From Azolla caroliniana (lineage: Eukaryota > Plantae > Polypodiophyta): DNA of 64,000 bases. Shown piece after piece: positions 11,830 through 24,000 of the stretch (its first letter is position 1; each line of letters begins with the position of its first letter). Both the position numbers and the translations under genes were made by a program. The stretch is taken from NCBI GenBank assembly GCA_043228905.1, contig JBHGNT010000002.1:18104001-18168000 (forward strand). The letters are read 5' to 3'. The notes beneath the pieces are model-generated. The model made no database searches. It worked only from the letters and a program-made list of their open reading frames with translations, and was not told the DNA's origin.

Positions 11830-12615
11830 TGTCATGAAGATTCCAGGCCATAGTGAGAAACCGGGGGATATCAGAAGAATCAGCAGAGTGCACCATGTGT
11901 GCTTACCCTTGTAAAACCCGTGAATAATAGGATTCAAGTCGAGACAGAGAATCTCATGTAAGTTGGGATTTATCCCACATTGTAACGCATCCCTCTCCTT
12001 GTTCTATAAAAGGAAGGGATGGTCCCTTGTAGAGGGGTTGCCCATTTTGAGTTAGGAAGGGTATACCACGTAGGATTAGGGTTTGGTAGTTTTCTGGGTC
12101 TTCACCCTGTTTTCGTTTAGGGTTTCATCCTGTCTTCTCCTTCTTCTTCTTCTTCTGCCCCTTCGTGTCTGTTTAGGGTTTTGGCCCAGTGAAGAGCTTG
12201 TATGTTCTGTGGGGGTGTACTTTTACTCAGCCTCCTGTGCAAGACCCCGCTCAGTGCGACGAGCCCGAGAGCTCCCCCAACGTCGGCTTGGCGGCAGATT
12301 GTTGTTGTAACGTAACCTACCTTGGTCCGGCTCGAAGCCAAGGTTGTATCTTTCCCTATATTATATATATATTCGTGTTTGTTTGTGCATATCGGTGTCT
12401 TTGGTGGAGTCGGGAGCACGGCCCCTTGTTTCCTGTGTATAAGAGTCGGTGTCACGCGCACACTCTCCCTCTCCTTTGTCTCTCCCGCTCTCTCTCTCGT
12501 GTTCGGTTTCATCCGAGTCCTGTCCGGCATCAGTTTTCTTGGCATCCCTCTTCTCCCTAGTCCGAGATCCCCGTGCTCTCGCCCCTTCTACATGCACGCG
12601 CGTAATAACGCGACA
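11830..12615 (+). repeat. 5' LTR (786 bp, TGTC...GACA) of a gag-only gypsy-type element
   Basis: TG..CA termini, TATA (CTATAAAA ~12004), followed by a PBS and gag; no partner LTR in the window. Confidence 0.8.
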
Positions 12616-12619
12616 TATT

Positions 12620-12636
12620 TGGTGAACCCAACGTGA
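12620..12636 (+). other. Primer binding site complementary to tRNA-Trp
   Basis: TGGTGAACCCAACGTGA vs TGGTGAACCCGACGTGA, the complement of the plant cytosolic tRNA-Trp 3' end as recalled (16/17). Confidence 0.8.
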
Positions 12637-12652
12637 AGGGCGGCAAGGGAGA

Positions 12653-13451
12653 ATGGAGCTGGAGGAAGACAACTTCGCGCAACTTTTTGTCGAACCGGTG
12701 AGGGAGTTTTGACGAGCAACAGCAAGACGAGAGATGGTGCAGTAAGCGGTTGAGCGAGTGGTCGAAAGAGTCAGTCGTTTCCACGTGGACAAAGTCCCAT
12801 TCTACTTGGAAGCCTACAATGCGGAAATGGAGGAGCGAGATGTAGACAAGGCGTTGAGGCTGGAATTCTTCCACCGGGTCGTCGTCATCCGTATGCACGT
12901 GGAAGTGAAGGAGCTCCAAGAAGCTCATAGTTCGTGGGAGGCCTTCGAACAAGAGCTCCTGTCGGCATGTGGGGGACGGCGGAAGAGCCGGGGACGACAC
13001 AACTTCGACCAGTGGGTTGCATCGGCGAAGACCCACCAGGGCGCAACGAAAGCGTTCCGAGAGTTTGAGCAACGGCTTGCTCGGCTCCCAGAGCGGGAAC
13101 AAGGTTTGTTAGGGGCGAACAAAGTCCTGTTGTTCGTTAAGTCGATCGACCGAGCAGAACGAGAGGCCATCAGGGTTGAGCTCAAAGACGAGGACGGAGT
13201 GAATGGCCTTACCGAGAACTGGTCGAAGGTTGGAAGGGTATGCCAATGGCTAGATGACGAGCGAGTTGAAAAGGCTAGTAGGAAGGCGCGCGACGGCGTG
13301 CCATCACAGCGGGAAGAGGTCGAACGACAAAGAGAGTTGGCAAGGCTCGGCTTCGCGGCCAAGATTGCGGAGGCGTACGCAGCTCTCGAGGCAATGCTCA
13401 GGGAAGAGGGAAGATCGAGACCGCAAGCCGGCACTGAGGAGACAAACTTGC
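12653..13451 (+). pseudogene. gag-like ORF, 5' part (continues at 28984-29393)
   Basis: FHVDKVPFYLEAYNAEM..RLEFF..SWEAFEQEL capsid-like; in-frame stops near the start; frame rejoins ETNL|PHEKAEK after removing the nested element. Confidence 0.7.
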
Positions 13452-13841
13452 TGTTGTCTGTCTGGCCGGACTAGCCTCAACACAGGTGTCTATCCGACAC
13501 TTCTCCAAAGGGGTGGTAAGGATTGGATGCTAGGTTACACGCGTAAGATGATTACAATTAAGCATAGACGGTAAACAATACAAGATACAGATAAACACGC
13601 AATAATTACTATTGTATTGCTTTCCGTCCAAACCCTTTACAAATCATCGGATCCTTTTATAGGCATCCGGCAAGGTTACAATCGGTGCGCTTAGGCAACC
13701 GACATCCGAATCGGTCCGGATCCGGATCGGTACAACTGTACCGGATCCTCCCTCCGAATAATAATTCTACTATTATTTACTTCCTATTATCCGATCCGAT
13801 TCCGCCTTCCCACTTGTCCTTGCTCTTCTGACCGGCCAACA
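13452..13841 (-). repeat. 3' LTR (390 bp)
   Basis: Direct repeat of 28588-28978. Confidence 0.96.
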
Positions 13842-13891
13842 CATGGCACGCCCGTGGGAAAGTGCCTTGCACTTCGAATCCACTCCCGGCC

Positions 13892-16800
13892 TCAGTCTTC
13901 CTCCAAAATATCGAGCACACTCTGCTCGATGGTGTCAAGTGGTGCTTCTTCCTCCTGTTCCTGTTCCTTGCCTGCCTGGTCTCCGACCTCCGGTTGGGTG
14001 GGTTGTTCCGTAAAAATTTGTTGCTCCGGCTCTGCTTGATTCTGTGGTGCCGGTGCTTCCTCACCGCTTCGTCCGGGTTCTTCCTGTTCTCCCTCCGTTC
14101 CTGGCTCTGTTCTGTTACTAGTGTCGCTTTCTCCGGTCTCGACTGGTCGACTCGATATGCCTCCTTCCTCTGCTCTGGTGTCTTCCGGTCTCAACTCTTC
14201 TTCTTCTCCAGCATCGGTCTGCTCCTGCTCTTCTTCAAGTTCGTCTTCGGGTATTCCTCGTCGGGGTTGTTCGGTGTCGGTTGGTTCATCTTCAGCCGGT
14301 CGCATTCCCTCACCAATAGTGGTTGGCGTCGTTCTTCCCTTAGCTTCCTGTCGTAACCGGTCCTGCTCATATCTCTCCAACTCCAACTGAATTGCGAGCT
14401 GCCCGTCATCCAACCTCTCTACCAACCCTCGGATTTCTTTGAGATGTTCTTCCGCTAAAGTGTAGAAATCTTCCGACAATTCTTCCCGAATGGCGACGAT
14501 ACTTTCCTCATCCATCTTGTAGAACTTGTCACCGGTCTTCCTCCGATTCTCGGCATCCGCTCGGAGTGTCTGCAGCTCGGCTGCCTGTTGTGCCCACTCC
14601 TTCCATACCTTTTCCGTACTTTCGTTGATGCTTGCCTGAGCTCGGGTACTCCATCCTGACATGATGAGCTTGATCCGGTCAACCCCAGCCTTAACATGCG
14701 CATAAGCTTCCTGCTTTTCCTTCCTTGCCCGTTTTATAATGTCGGCCATTATCTGAGCCTGGGCCTCGTAATCCGCTTTCTGCTTTTCATAGGTACTTTG
14801 CAGTTTGTTGATCGTGAAGGTCGATTTTTCCTTTTCTTCATTCCTGATCTTGGTCAGGTCTAGCTTTTCCCGCCTTAGCGCCTCTAATTCCTTCCTTCTC
14901 TCCGTTGCTTGGGCTATTTCCGCCGACAATGCTTCCTTGTTGGCACTAACCTCATCCATCGCCTTAGCCAGGTCTAATCGGGTCTCTTTGAGCTGTTCTT
15001 TCAGCTTCTCTATTTGCCGGTCGTAGTCTGCTGCCCGTTTTTTGTTGTCCGACTCGGTCGGCTTGTGATCTCGGTAGAGACGGTCGAAGTCCTCCGTCTT
15101 CTGCTTTAGGCGTCGGTTTGCCTGAGCTCTTAACCGATCGTCCCGGTCCTTCTGTTGTAGGAGTTCTTCCTGCAGTCGTTCTATCTCTTGCTCGGCATGT
15201 CGACGTAGTCGGTCCTTCTCCTTTTGCAGCTTCTCTTTTTCTTCTTGCAGTCGGTCATTAGCGGCTCGACCTTTCCGGAGGCCTTCTTCCATTTTTCGTC
15301 TGTCGTCCTCCACCGCTTTCCGCTGCTCCCTTTCTCTTTCCCTTAATGCCTCCTGAGCTTTTAACTCCTCTCGTAAGGTTTCTATTATTTTTTCGGTCTC
15401 AGGGCCGGTTTGCAAGGCTACCGGTTCCGGTTCCGGTTCTGGTTGCTTCCTTGTTGTCCCGACCGGCTCGGTGACAACTTTTGCTTGTTGAATTCCTTCC
15501 CTTGCCTGCAACAGCTCCCCTTGCATTTCCTCGATCTGTGTTCGGAGCGCGACGAACTCCTGAGTTGTTGTATGCGTCAGCTGTTGCCTACACGTTTCTT
15601 CTTTTTCTAACTGGTCCGCTACTCCCGATAACTGCTCCGAAAGCCATCTCAGCCATGGCTTTGTTCTTCCGGTGTCGGGGTGGCCTTGCTCACTTAACTC
15701 AGGCTGTTTTTCCGGCCTCTTCTCTAGCTCCGGCTCTGGTGCTTGTTCCTTCTTCTTCTTTGGGATGACCAGTTCTCTGAAGTCCGGCCCAACCGGTGTC
15801 GGTGCTGCTTCCCTGGGTACGGGTTCCGGTGCTGTTTCCGCCTCGGCTACTGGAGATGGTCCTTGCGCCCTCTGCTGAGTTCTGTCCACTGGTGGAGCCG
15901 GTCCTTTCGCCCGTTTCTCCCGACCTTGTCTTGCTGGGAGTCTTACCAGTGGTTCGGATGAGTCTTCTGTTTCAGCTTCCTCCTCCGGTGCGGTTACCAG
16001 ACGAACCTTTTGTATAAAGACCGCTGGTTCTGGTTCCGGCCGTCGCAGCGTTATATGGATTGGTTTGCGCGCTACCGATGCCTCCTCGGCCGATTTCCCT
16101 TTGCCTTTACCTGCCGGTTTTGCCTTTGTTGCCGGTTCCTGTTGCTGTCGGGATGGTCCTTCCCCCTGTTGTTCTGCTTCTTGCTGGGTCCATCCGGGGG
16201 TGTGTTTCTCCAAAATCTGTCGGCGCTTTGTGACCTTTTTCGGCGTCGTCTCCTGCCGACCTCTTTTCTTTTGTGTGATGGGGAGCACTGGTGGGACTAA
16301 CACCGTTAGCCATTGTGCTATCCCGGCCCATGGCTTTTTTCCTTCCACAAGATTTTTGATGGCCTCCTTCAATCCTTCGGTTATGAAATGGAGCCAGTCT
16401 ATTTGTAAGCCTTCGTACGCTGCTATTAAGAACGCTGCCCGGTACTTGGCTATGGCCGGGGGATGGGGATTCACGAATCCGTATTCCATCATGGCGCGGG
16501 CCACTTCTCCGAACAGCAGGTTCTCTCCGCCCTGCGTTCGATACGCCTTGCTGCTGATAGAGTACTCCCCGAAATATTCGAACAGGATTTCACTTGAAGG
16601 GTTTTCGATTGTTTGAAGTCCTCCTGCTTTTATCCCCGTGAGCGCCTGCACCGCTCCTTCCGTGACTTCTGATATATCGATCGATGTTGTCGCCTGCTCT
16701 GGTTCTGCGTGTGGTGGAGCGTCGGAGATCCACAGCAATACTTTTAACCCGTTCTCCCTCATCCATTGGCGTGCCTCTTCCGACAGTACCATTGTTTCGA

Positions 16801-17056
16801 ATTCTTCTTCTGCTGCCTGTTGTTCGGGATCGCGCTGTGTGTGCTCTGTGCGTCGGGTCGCTCTTCTGTGCTTCTGCGCCTGTATGTAGGAAAATTCGTA
16901 AAAAGTGAGCCCTTCGCAGGCCTGTGTCTTATATAGTGGGTTGTGCCTCGAGCCGCCCTTTTTCGTTTCCCGTGCATGTTCCTCTCCCGCCATAATTAGT
17001 ATGTCCTTTCTTGTTTGCCGCGTGTGAGTGCCCACGTTCCATGCTTTAAATAGCAA
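13892..17056 (-). CDS. Extra sense ORF downstream of pol (1054 codons open; likely start Met 16792, 966 aa): globular N-domain, basic NLS-like patch, long coiled coil, acidic tail
   Basis: Uninterrupted ORF; TATA-like CTATATAAG at 16936-16928; KKRGRQ..KKVTKRR; heptad-rich E/K/R region. Confidence 0.85.
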   Translation of the reverse strand: MLFKAWNVGTHTRQTRKDILIMAGEEHARETKKGGSRHNPLYKTQACEGLTFYEFSYIQAQKHRRATRRTEHTQRDPEQQAAEEEFETMVLSEEARQWMRENGLKVLLWISDAPPHAEPEQATTSIDISEVTEGAVQALTGIKAGGLQTIENPSSEILFEYFGEYSISSKAYRTQGGENLLFGEVARAMMEYGFVNPHPPAIAKYRAAFLIAAYEGLQIDWLHFITEGLKEAIKNLVEGKKPWAGIAQWLTVLVPPVLPITQKKRGRQETTPKKVTKRRQILEKHTPGWTQQEAEQQGEGPSRQQQEPATKAKPAGKGKGKSAEEASVARKPIHITLRRPEPEPAVFIQKVRLVTAPEEEAETEDSSEPLVRLPARQGREKRAKGPAPPVDRTQQRAQGPSPVAEAETAPEPVPREAAPTPVGPDFRELVIPKKKKEQAPEPELEKRPEKQPELSEQGHPDTGRTKPWLRWLSEQLSGVADQLEKEETCRQQLTHTTTQEFVALRTQIEEMQGELLQAREGIQQAKVVTEPVGTTRKQPEPEPEPVALQTGPETEKIIETLREELKAQEALREREREQRKAVEDDRRKMEEGLRKGRAANDRLQEEKEKLQKEKDRLRRHAEQEIERLQEELLQQKDRDDRLRAQANRRLKQKTEDFDRLYRDHKPTESDNKKRAADYDRQIEKLKEQLKETRLDLAKAMDEVSANKEALSAEIAQATERRKELEALRREKLDLTKIRNEEKEKSTFTINKLQSTYEKQKADYEAQAQIMADIIKRARKEKQEAYAHVKAGVDRIKLIMSGWSTRAQASINESTEKVWKEWAQQAAELQTLRADAENRRKTGDKFYKMDEESIVAIREELSEDFYTLAEEHLKEIRGLVERLDDGQLAIQLELERYEQDRLRQEAKGRTTPTTIGEGMRPAEDEPTDTEQPRRGIPEDELEEEQEQTDAGEEEELRPEDTRAEEGGISSRPVETGESDTSNRTEPGTEGEQEEPGRSGEEAPAPQNQAEPEQQIFTEQPTQPEVGDQAGKEQEQEEEAPLDTIEQSVLDILEED

Positions 17057-17252
17057 GTCCGCGCACGTCCTTCTTTAATGCATGGCGCCTCTTCGTTGCA
17101 TGGTGGCGCTCCCACCTCTTGTGATCTTCCCATCATTACTATGATTCGCGTCGATTTTGCCCACGTCTTCTTTTTTTCTTTTTTTCTTTTTTTTTTTTTT
17201 CTTTGTTTGGACCACGTCATTTGCTAGTCCCCCCCGATTTGTTCGGGTCGGT

Positions 17253-20200
17253 TCATGTGGATACCGGATCCTTCTGTCGGTTTTCCGGGATAGTCTTCGT
17301 CAGTATCGGTGTCGGTTCTTCCTCGGTCCGGATTTCCGGGTTTCGCTTGAACGGGTTGGCTGGCATATTTCCCTTATACGGCTTTAGCCGAAATCCATTT
17401 GCCCACTTGCCGATGACATCTCCAGACAACGTGCCGAGCTGATACGACCCATTGTACTCCTTGGTGATCCAGAACGGTCCGGTCCATCGAAACCGCAACT
17501 TTCCCGGCATGTTCCCCATCCATGTCTGGAATAGTAGTACCGGTTTCCCGACTTCGAACTCCTTTTCATTGCCACGCCGGTGTCGGTCCACGAAGGCTTT
17601 TCTCCTCCTTTGCTCCAGTTCGAGTTGTAGTAAACTGGCTATTCTGTTTTCCTCTAATTCCAACAACGTCGCCAGCCGGATTCGTTCGGACTCGTTCTCA
17701 CTTAAGCGCTCCTTCACCTGAATCCGTAAGCTGGGGATCTGGAACTCTACCGGCATGACCGCTTCTAACCCGAATGCTAGTCAGAACGGGGTTGTCCGGA
17801 TGCTGGTTTTGTACGTTGTTCGGTACGCCCATAGCGCGCTTTGCAATTTCGTATCCCAGTCGGTCCGGTTCTCGTTGACGATTTTTCGTAGGATGTTCTG
17901 CAGAGTTTTGTTCGTTGATTCCGCTAGTCCATTGGCTTGAGGGTAGTAGGGTGTACTCTTTTTATGTACCACCGCGTAAAATGACGTCAGGCTTTCTACT
18001 ACCTGCCCGAGAAAATGCCCTCCTTGGTCACTTATAAGCTCGATCGGGCAACCATACCGGCACCATATGCACTCGTACAGGAACTTTGCCGTGGACGCGG
18101 CCGTGTTGTCCCGTAAGGCCTTTGCTTCTACCCATTTGGTGCAATAGTCGGTCGCCACTATGACATACCGATTTCCGGTTCGCATTGCCGGTGGTTTGAA
18201 GGGACCGACAAAGTCCAACCCCCACTTTTGAAACGGTTCCAAGGGCAAGACCGGGTGGTGTGGCATCTGGGCCTGCTCTGTGGGTTGGACCAGTCGTTGA
18301 CACAAATCACATTCTCTGCTATACTTCACGGCATCTTTTAGGGTGGTCGGCCACCACAGTCCGCTCTGCCATATTTTCCGAGCGGTTGCGTCGCCGGCAT
18401 AATGCCCGCCGGCAATTCCATAGTGGGCTTCCCTAAGGATTAGATCCTTCTCATCGCTCCGCACTGCTCGTCTCCAGATGCCATCTGCCCCCTTGTGATA
18501 GAGGGTGTCTCCAACCAAGCAGAAATGTCTGCTTCTTACTGCTACCCTTTTCCTTTCATCGCGGTCCATGTTCTCCGGGGGAACTCCGGTGCTCAGGAAC
18601 TGATGCATCTCAGTTAGCCATGTGTCTTCATCGGCTACCGTTGTATCCGTTGCCGGTTTTGTCGTGATCCGGAACAATTCGGCATTGGGAAACTCATCCT
18701 GGACGCCGTCCCCTGCTTCTCCGGATTCGAGTCTGCTTAGGTAGTCCGCTACCGCATGCTGCGCCCCGGGTCGGTGGAAAATGTCGAATTCAAATTCCTG
18801 TAGCAGCAGTGTCCACCATGCAATTTTTCCCGTCAGGGATGCCTTCGAGACCAGGTAGAGTAGTGCCAAATGGTGGACATGGAAGGAAAACTTCCTTCCG
18901 AGCAGATAGTGCCTGTACTTTGTGACACTATACACCATTCCCAATGCCTAGCGTTCCGTCGTAGAGTAATTCCGTTTGGCTTTTGAGAGTTTCCGGCTTG
19001 CATAGTACACCGGTCAGTACCATTTCGGCTCCATGAGTTGCATCAGAACGCTGCCGATTGCTACGTCCGACGCGTCGACGAAGACGTGAAAGCTTTTACT
19101 CCAATCCGGCGGTTGCACCACCGGAGCTTGCGACAGCATAACCTTCAACGCTTTGTAGGATTCCTCCTCCGTCTCCGCCCATAGGAAGGGTACCCTATGT
19201 ACGGCGGTATGTAACAGTGTAGCGAAGTCTGCGAGGTGCCGTATCATCCGGCTATGCCACCTTATTTGGCCCAGGAACCGGCTTAAAGCCTTTGCGTTAC
19301 ATGGTGCTGGTGCCTCGAGAATCGCCTTGACTTTATCCGGATCTACCGCGATTCCTTCCTTACTCACCACGTGCCCTAGTAAGTTGCCGCTTGCCACTCC
19401 AAAGACGCACTTGGCCGGGTTCAGGCTCAATCGGTACTCGCGGCACTTCTCCAAGCACAGCCGGAGGTGATCGAGATGCTCTCCGTGCCGGCTGTAGACT
19501 GCGAAATCGTCAAGGAAGACCTGCATAAAACCGGGGATATATTCCCCGAAAATTTCCATTATTATCCTTTGAAAGGTCGTTGGAGCCGTCTTTAGTCCGA
19601 ACATCATCACGACCGCGATGAACACTCCTCATTCCGTCACGAACGATGTCTTCTCCTGGTCGGTCGGGTTCATTCGTATTTGGTTGTAACCGCTAAATCC
19701 ATCCAGGAAGCTGTAAACTTCGTGGCCGGCTACCGCATCTAACACCCCTTCCGTAAATGGTAGTGGAAACGCATCGGTCACAATTGTGGCATTTAGTTTT
19801 CGGTAGTCCACGCATACCCGTATTTTGTCGTTCTTTTTCGGGACCACCACTATCGGACTCGGCCAGGTTGCCTGCTTGACCGGTCGGATAAATCCGACCC
19901 GGAGGAGCTTATCAATTTCCTCCTTCACCTTGGCCGCATAATTCGGATTCATCCGGTACCTACGTTGAGCAATCGGTTTTGCGTCCGTACTTAGGTGAAT
20001 TTGGTGCTGATAGAGCTGGGGGTCCAGCCCTCTCATGTCTTCGTACGACCACGCGAACACATCCTTGAAGTCTGTTAATAATGCTACCATTGCCTTCTTT
20101 TCTTCCTTCGGCAATTCCTTTGCAACATTTACCGGTCGGGGCTTGTCTGCTGTGCCGAGGTCTACCTCCTCGAGTTGGGATGCTTTCACCCTCTGGGATA

Positions 20201-21022
20201 TCGTCATTTCCCTCTCTAGGGATTCCTGCGCTTGTCGCAGTTCCTGGATTGCCGCTTGGTCCGGTTCTTCCGGCGTCGTAATGTACGGTTCTACTGCCGC
20301 CGTGATATCCACCTCAAATAGTGGGACGATTCGTGGGTGTTCCTCGAGGTACCGCTCGACTTCCTCGTCCGGTAATCCCTCCAACATGTTAATGCTTTCC
20401 GCATACAATGGAGTTGCTTCCTTACTAGTGATTACCCGTGGTTGCGTCGTTACTCGTACCTTTGTTTTCCCTCGCCAGAATGTGATCATGTTCTTTTGCC
20501 AGTTCTGCTTGATATGCACCGTTCGCAGCCATGGTCGTCCTAGCAGTAGGGGGTACGCGCCTTGTACATTCAGCTGCAGCACCACGGCCGATATCCGGAA
20601 TACGTGGCCTCCGATCGTTACTTCCAAATCCCGGATAAGCCCGGTCAGTCGGACTGAGCTAGTATCCGCCATGCGTAACCAGAAGGGGCATGGTTCCCAT
20701 TCCCGGATGCCCAGGTCGTTGCATGTCTGTTGGCTGATGACATTTACCCCGGAGCCTCCGTCAATAATCGTTCCAGCAATTTCCTTTCCTTTCACGATTG
20801 CCGTGATCGCCGGGCTACTTGTATCGACCACCGCTGGTCCTTCCTCCGGGTTGGAGAAGAATGCCGGTGCTAGCGTCGGCTTCGGTTTGCTGACGGATGC
20901 TTGTAGGTCTGCCGTAAATCGTGGCACTAACTGTAGTAGTCGTGCTAACGGCAGCACGATTTGACAGTCCTGTAGCGCTTGCCACGTCGGGTTTTCTCCT
21001 GGCTGTATGATTTCTTCGTCTT
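17253..21022 (-). pseudogene. pol (PR-RT-RNase H-integrase) with four in-frame stops
   Basis: IIDGGSGVN, FLDGFSGYNQI, FLDDFAVY, VDASDVAIG, HHCC, ISDQGGHF, NGLAESTN; stops at 19629, 19014, 18948, 17781. Confidence 0.93.
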
Positions 21023-24000
21023 TGTTGGGATTTTCGGTCCCTCCGGATGGGATGTCCGGAGATGAATGACGGCAAGCCCGGTTGCGGTTACGGAACCGGA
21101 TGATGAAGAGTACCCGGCATGAAGCCGGATGAAGAGTACCCGGATACGGATCCGGATGATGAAGACCCCGGTTACGGAGCCGGATGACGAATGTACCCGG
21201 AGAGAGATCCGGATGCGGGGAAATATTTGTGAATATGTTTGCCAAGGGCCCTTGAGGCTACATTTGTAAATAAGCCCGAAAGTCATATGTGTATAAATAT
21301 GACTTAGGGCAAACAGTTTTTATGTTGCTACTCATTTTTTTCTGTTTTTCCACTCAAGAGGAGTGAAGAGAGAGCAGCCGTGAGAGAGATAGAGCGTGAG
21401 AGAGGAAGAGGTCGACGCCTCTGTGTAATTCCGCCGCCTGTGGTGAGGACAGCGAGCTCAAGGTCGTCGCCTTGCAGCTCGCCATTGTATATTTCTCTGT
21501 GCATAGTTTTGGTTCGGAGTCTTGTACTCCCGTGGTTTTTCCCGTACAGGGTTTTCACGTTAAATCGTGTGTCCACTCTATTTTTCGCATTTCCCATTTT
21601 CTGCAACAACGATTCGTGTGTTTCCTTGGTTGCGGCCGAGATGTGAAGTTTGGAAAGGGACGATTTTTTTCCATCAATTTGGTATCAGAGCGAGGTTGCT
21701 GCAGAAAATGGAAGGCGGCGGCAGCGGGCAGCCGGGGATGATGGTGCTGAATGCGCAGAATTACGCCGACTGGAAGATCAAGATGGAGGATCTTCTGATT
21801 GTTCGGGACCTGTACGAACCGATTGACAGGGCGGAAATACCGAAGGGGGTACTTGAGTCGGAATGGAGGCTTCTGAACCGGAAAGCCGTTGCAACCATTC
21901 GGCAATACGTCGACGTGAGCGTTCTACAACATGTGGCGAACGACACCAACGCATATGAGATGTGGCGGAAGCTGTCGGGCCTCTACGAGAGGAAGAATGC
22001 GTTGAACCGGACCTCCCTGATGAGGAAGATAGTGAACCTCAAGTACCGGGACGGCGAGAGTATGGTGGAACACGTAAGCACGTTCATGGGATTCGTGAAC
22101 CAGCTTGCGGCGATCAAGTTCCCGTTGGAGGATGCAATGCAAGCCATCATCCTGATGTGTACATTGCCGGACAGCTGGGAGAACCTGGTGGTGACTCTCA
22201 GCACCTCCTGCACCGAAGATAACTTGTCCCTACAAACAGTAAAGACAAGTATTTTGAACGAAGAAGCGCGTTGGAGAGATAAAGAACCGGCCTCCGACTC
22301 GAAGGCGCTGCTTACCGAATCGGAACGGGGAAGACAATGGAACTGGAGTCCGCAAAGACGGGAGAAGTCGGGGACCCGGTCGCAGTCAAGAGGAAGACCC
22401 ACATGCTTCCACTGTGGGAAGCCGGGGCACTTCCGGAAGAATTGTCGGCATTACCGAAAGGACAACGGAGCCGACGACACCGATTCGAAGAAGTCACCGG
22501 AGAGAAACGGTGCATACCGGGGAGCCACGGACCGGAGAGGTCCGGATCGGCGAGGGCAGGACCGGAAAGGAACGACGGCACTCGCGGCAAGTGAGGAAGA
22601 AATCATGCTCATCACCGAAGAAGGTGAACTAAACATTGCCGACGATGGGACGACCTGGGTGGTCGATTCCGGAGCATCGTTCCACCTGACCTCGGAGAGA
22701 AGATACTTCTCATCCTACACAGCCGGTGAGCATGGCTGTGTTCGGATGGGAAATGAAGGTACGTGCCGGATTGCCGGCATAGGAGACGTGTGGTTGACAA
22801 CCTCGACCGGATGCAAAATGCTGCTGAAGGATGTCCGACACGTTCCGGAGGTTCGATTGAACCTGATTTCGGCCGGGAGGCTAGACGATGAAGACTACAC
22901 AGGTAGCATCCGGAACGGCGTAATGAAGTTCAGCAAGGGGAGCCTGATAGTGGCTCGGGCCCAGAAAGTCAACACACTGTACCTGATGAATGCCCGGTTA
23001 TGTCCGGAAGAGCTGAATGTGGCAGCCGACACTGCCGGTGAGCTGTGGCTCAAAAGACTGTGCCACATGAGTGAGAAGGGGATGAAGAGGCTTGCAGAAG
23101 ACAACCTTATTCCAGTGAAGCATGTGCACCTGGAGAAGTGCACCGATTGCCTGGCCGGTAAGCAGAACCGAACCTCCTTCCACTCAAGGCCACCGACGAG
23201 ACGTAGTGTACCATTGGAGTTGGTACACACTGATGTGTGCCAGGTAGAAACGAAGTCACATGGCGGAGCCCAGTACTTCGTGACATTCATTGATGATCAC
23301 AGCCGGAAGCTGTGGACGGCACCGTTGAAGACAAAGGACCAAGTGTTGTCCGTCTTCAAAGAACTCCACGCGAGAGTGGAAAGAGAATCCGGCAAGAAGC
23401 TGAAAGCGATACGAGCGGATAACGGAGGGAAATACCGGGGGCAGTTCGCGGAGTACTGTCGCTCGAAAGGAATCCGGCTCGAGTTTACTGTGCCGAAGAC
23501 GCCGGAACTGAATGGGCTGGCCGAGAGGATGAACCGGACCATAATGGAGAGGGTCCGGAGTATGCTGGCGCATGCGAAATTAACCAAGGGATTTTGGGCT
23601 GAGGCAATGTCGACGGCGACATATGTGATAAATAGATCACCCTCAGTACCCCTGGATGGAGACACGCCACCGAGAGTGTGGACCGGTAAGGAAGTGTCCT
23701 ACCGGCATCTGAAGGTGTTCGGGTGTCTCGCATACGTGCATGTGGCAAAGGACCGGAGAGGAAAGCTAGATCCAAAGACCCGGCCATGCATATTCCTCGG
23801 TTACGGCGACGACGAGTTCGGCTACCGAGTATGGGACCCGGTCGACAAGAAGATATTCAGGAGTCGAGATATCATCTTCATGGAGGACAACACACTCGCC
23901 GACTCGGAGTCGGAGAAGAAGATGAAGAGCTCCAAGTCGACCGGTGAGGATCAACTCTACGAAGAGCAGTCCCGACCGGCAAGGGACCGGTTAGCACTCG

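Noticed and set aside
13892-17056. Calling the extra ORF an envelope gene or captured host SMC/myosin
   Set aside because: No signal peptide, clear TM helix or ATPase motifs; coiled-coil similarity is non-specific.
20035-20964. 309-aa plus-strand ORF and the many other overlapping ORFs in 13.8-31.8 kb
   Set aside because: Antisense or alternative-frame shadows of GC-rich retroelement sequence; no recognisable motifs.
21567-21707. N-terminal extension of the 1405-aa copia ORF, and the LTR-derived N-terminus of ORF 19629-21245
   Set aside because: These lie within LTR/PBS sequence; artefacts of the ORF caller and of the nested insertion.
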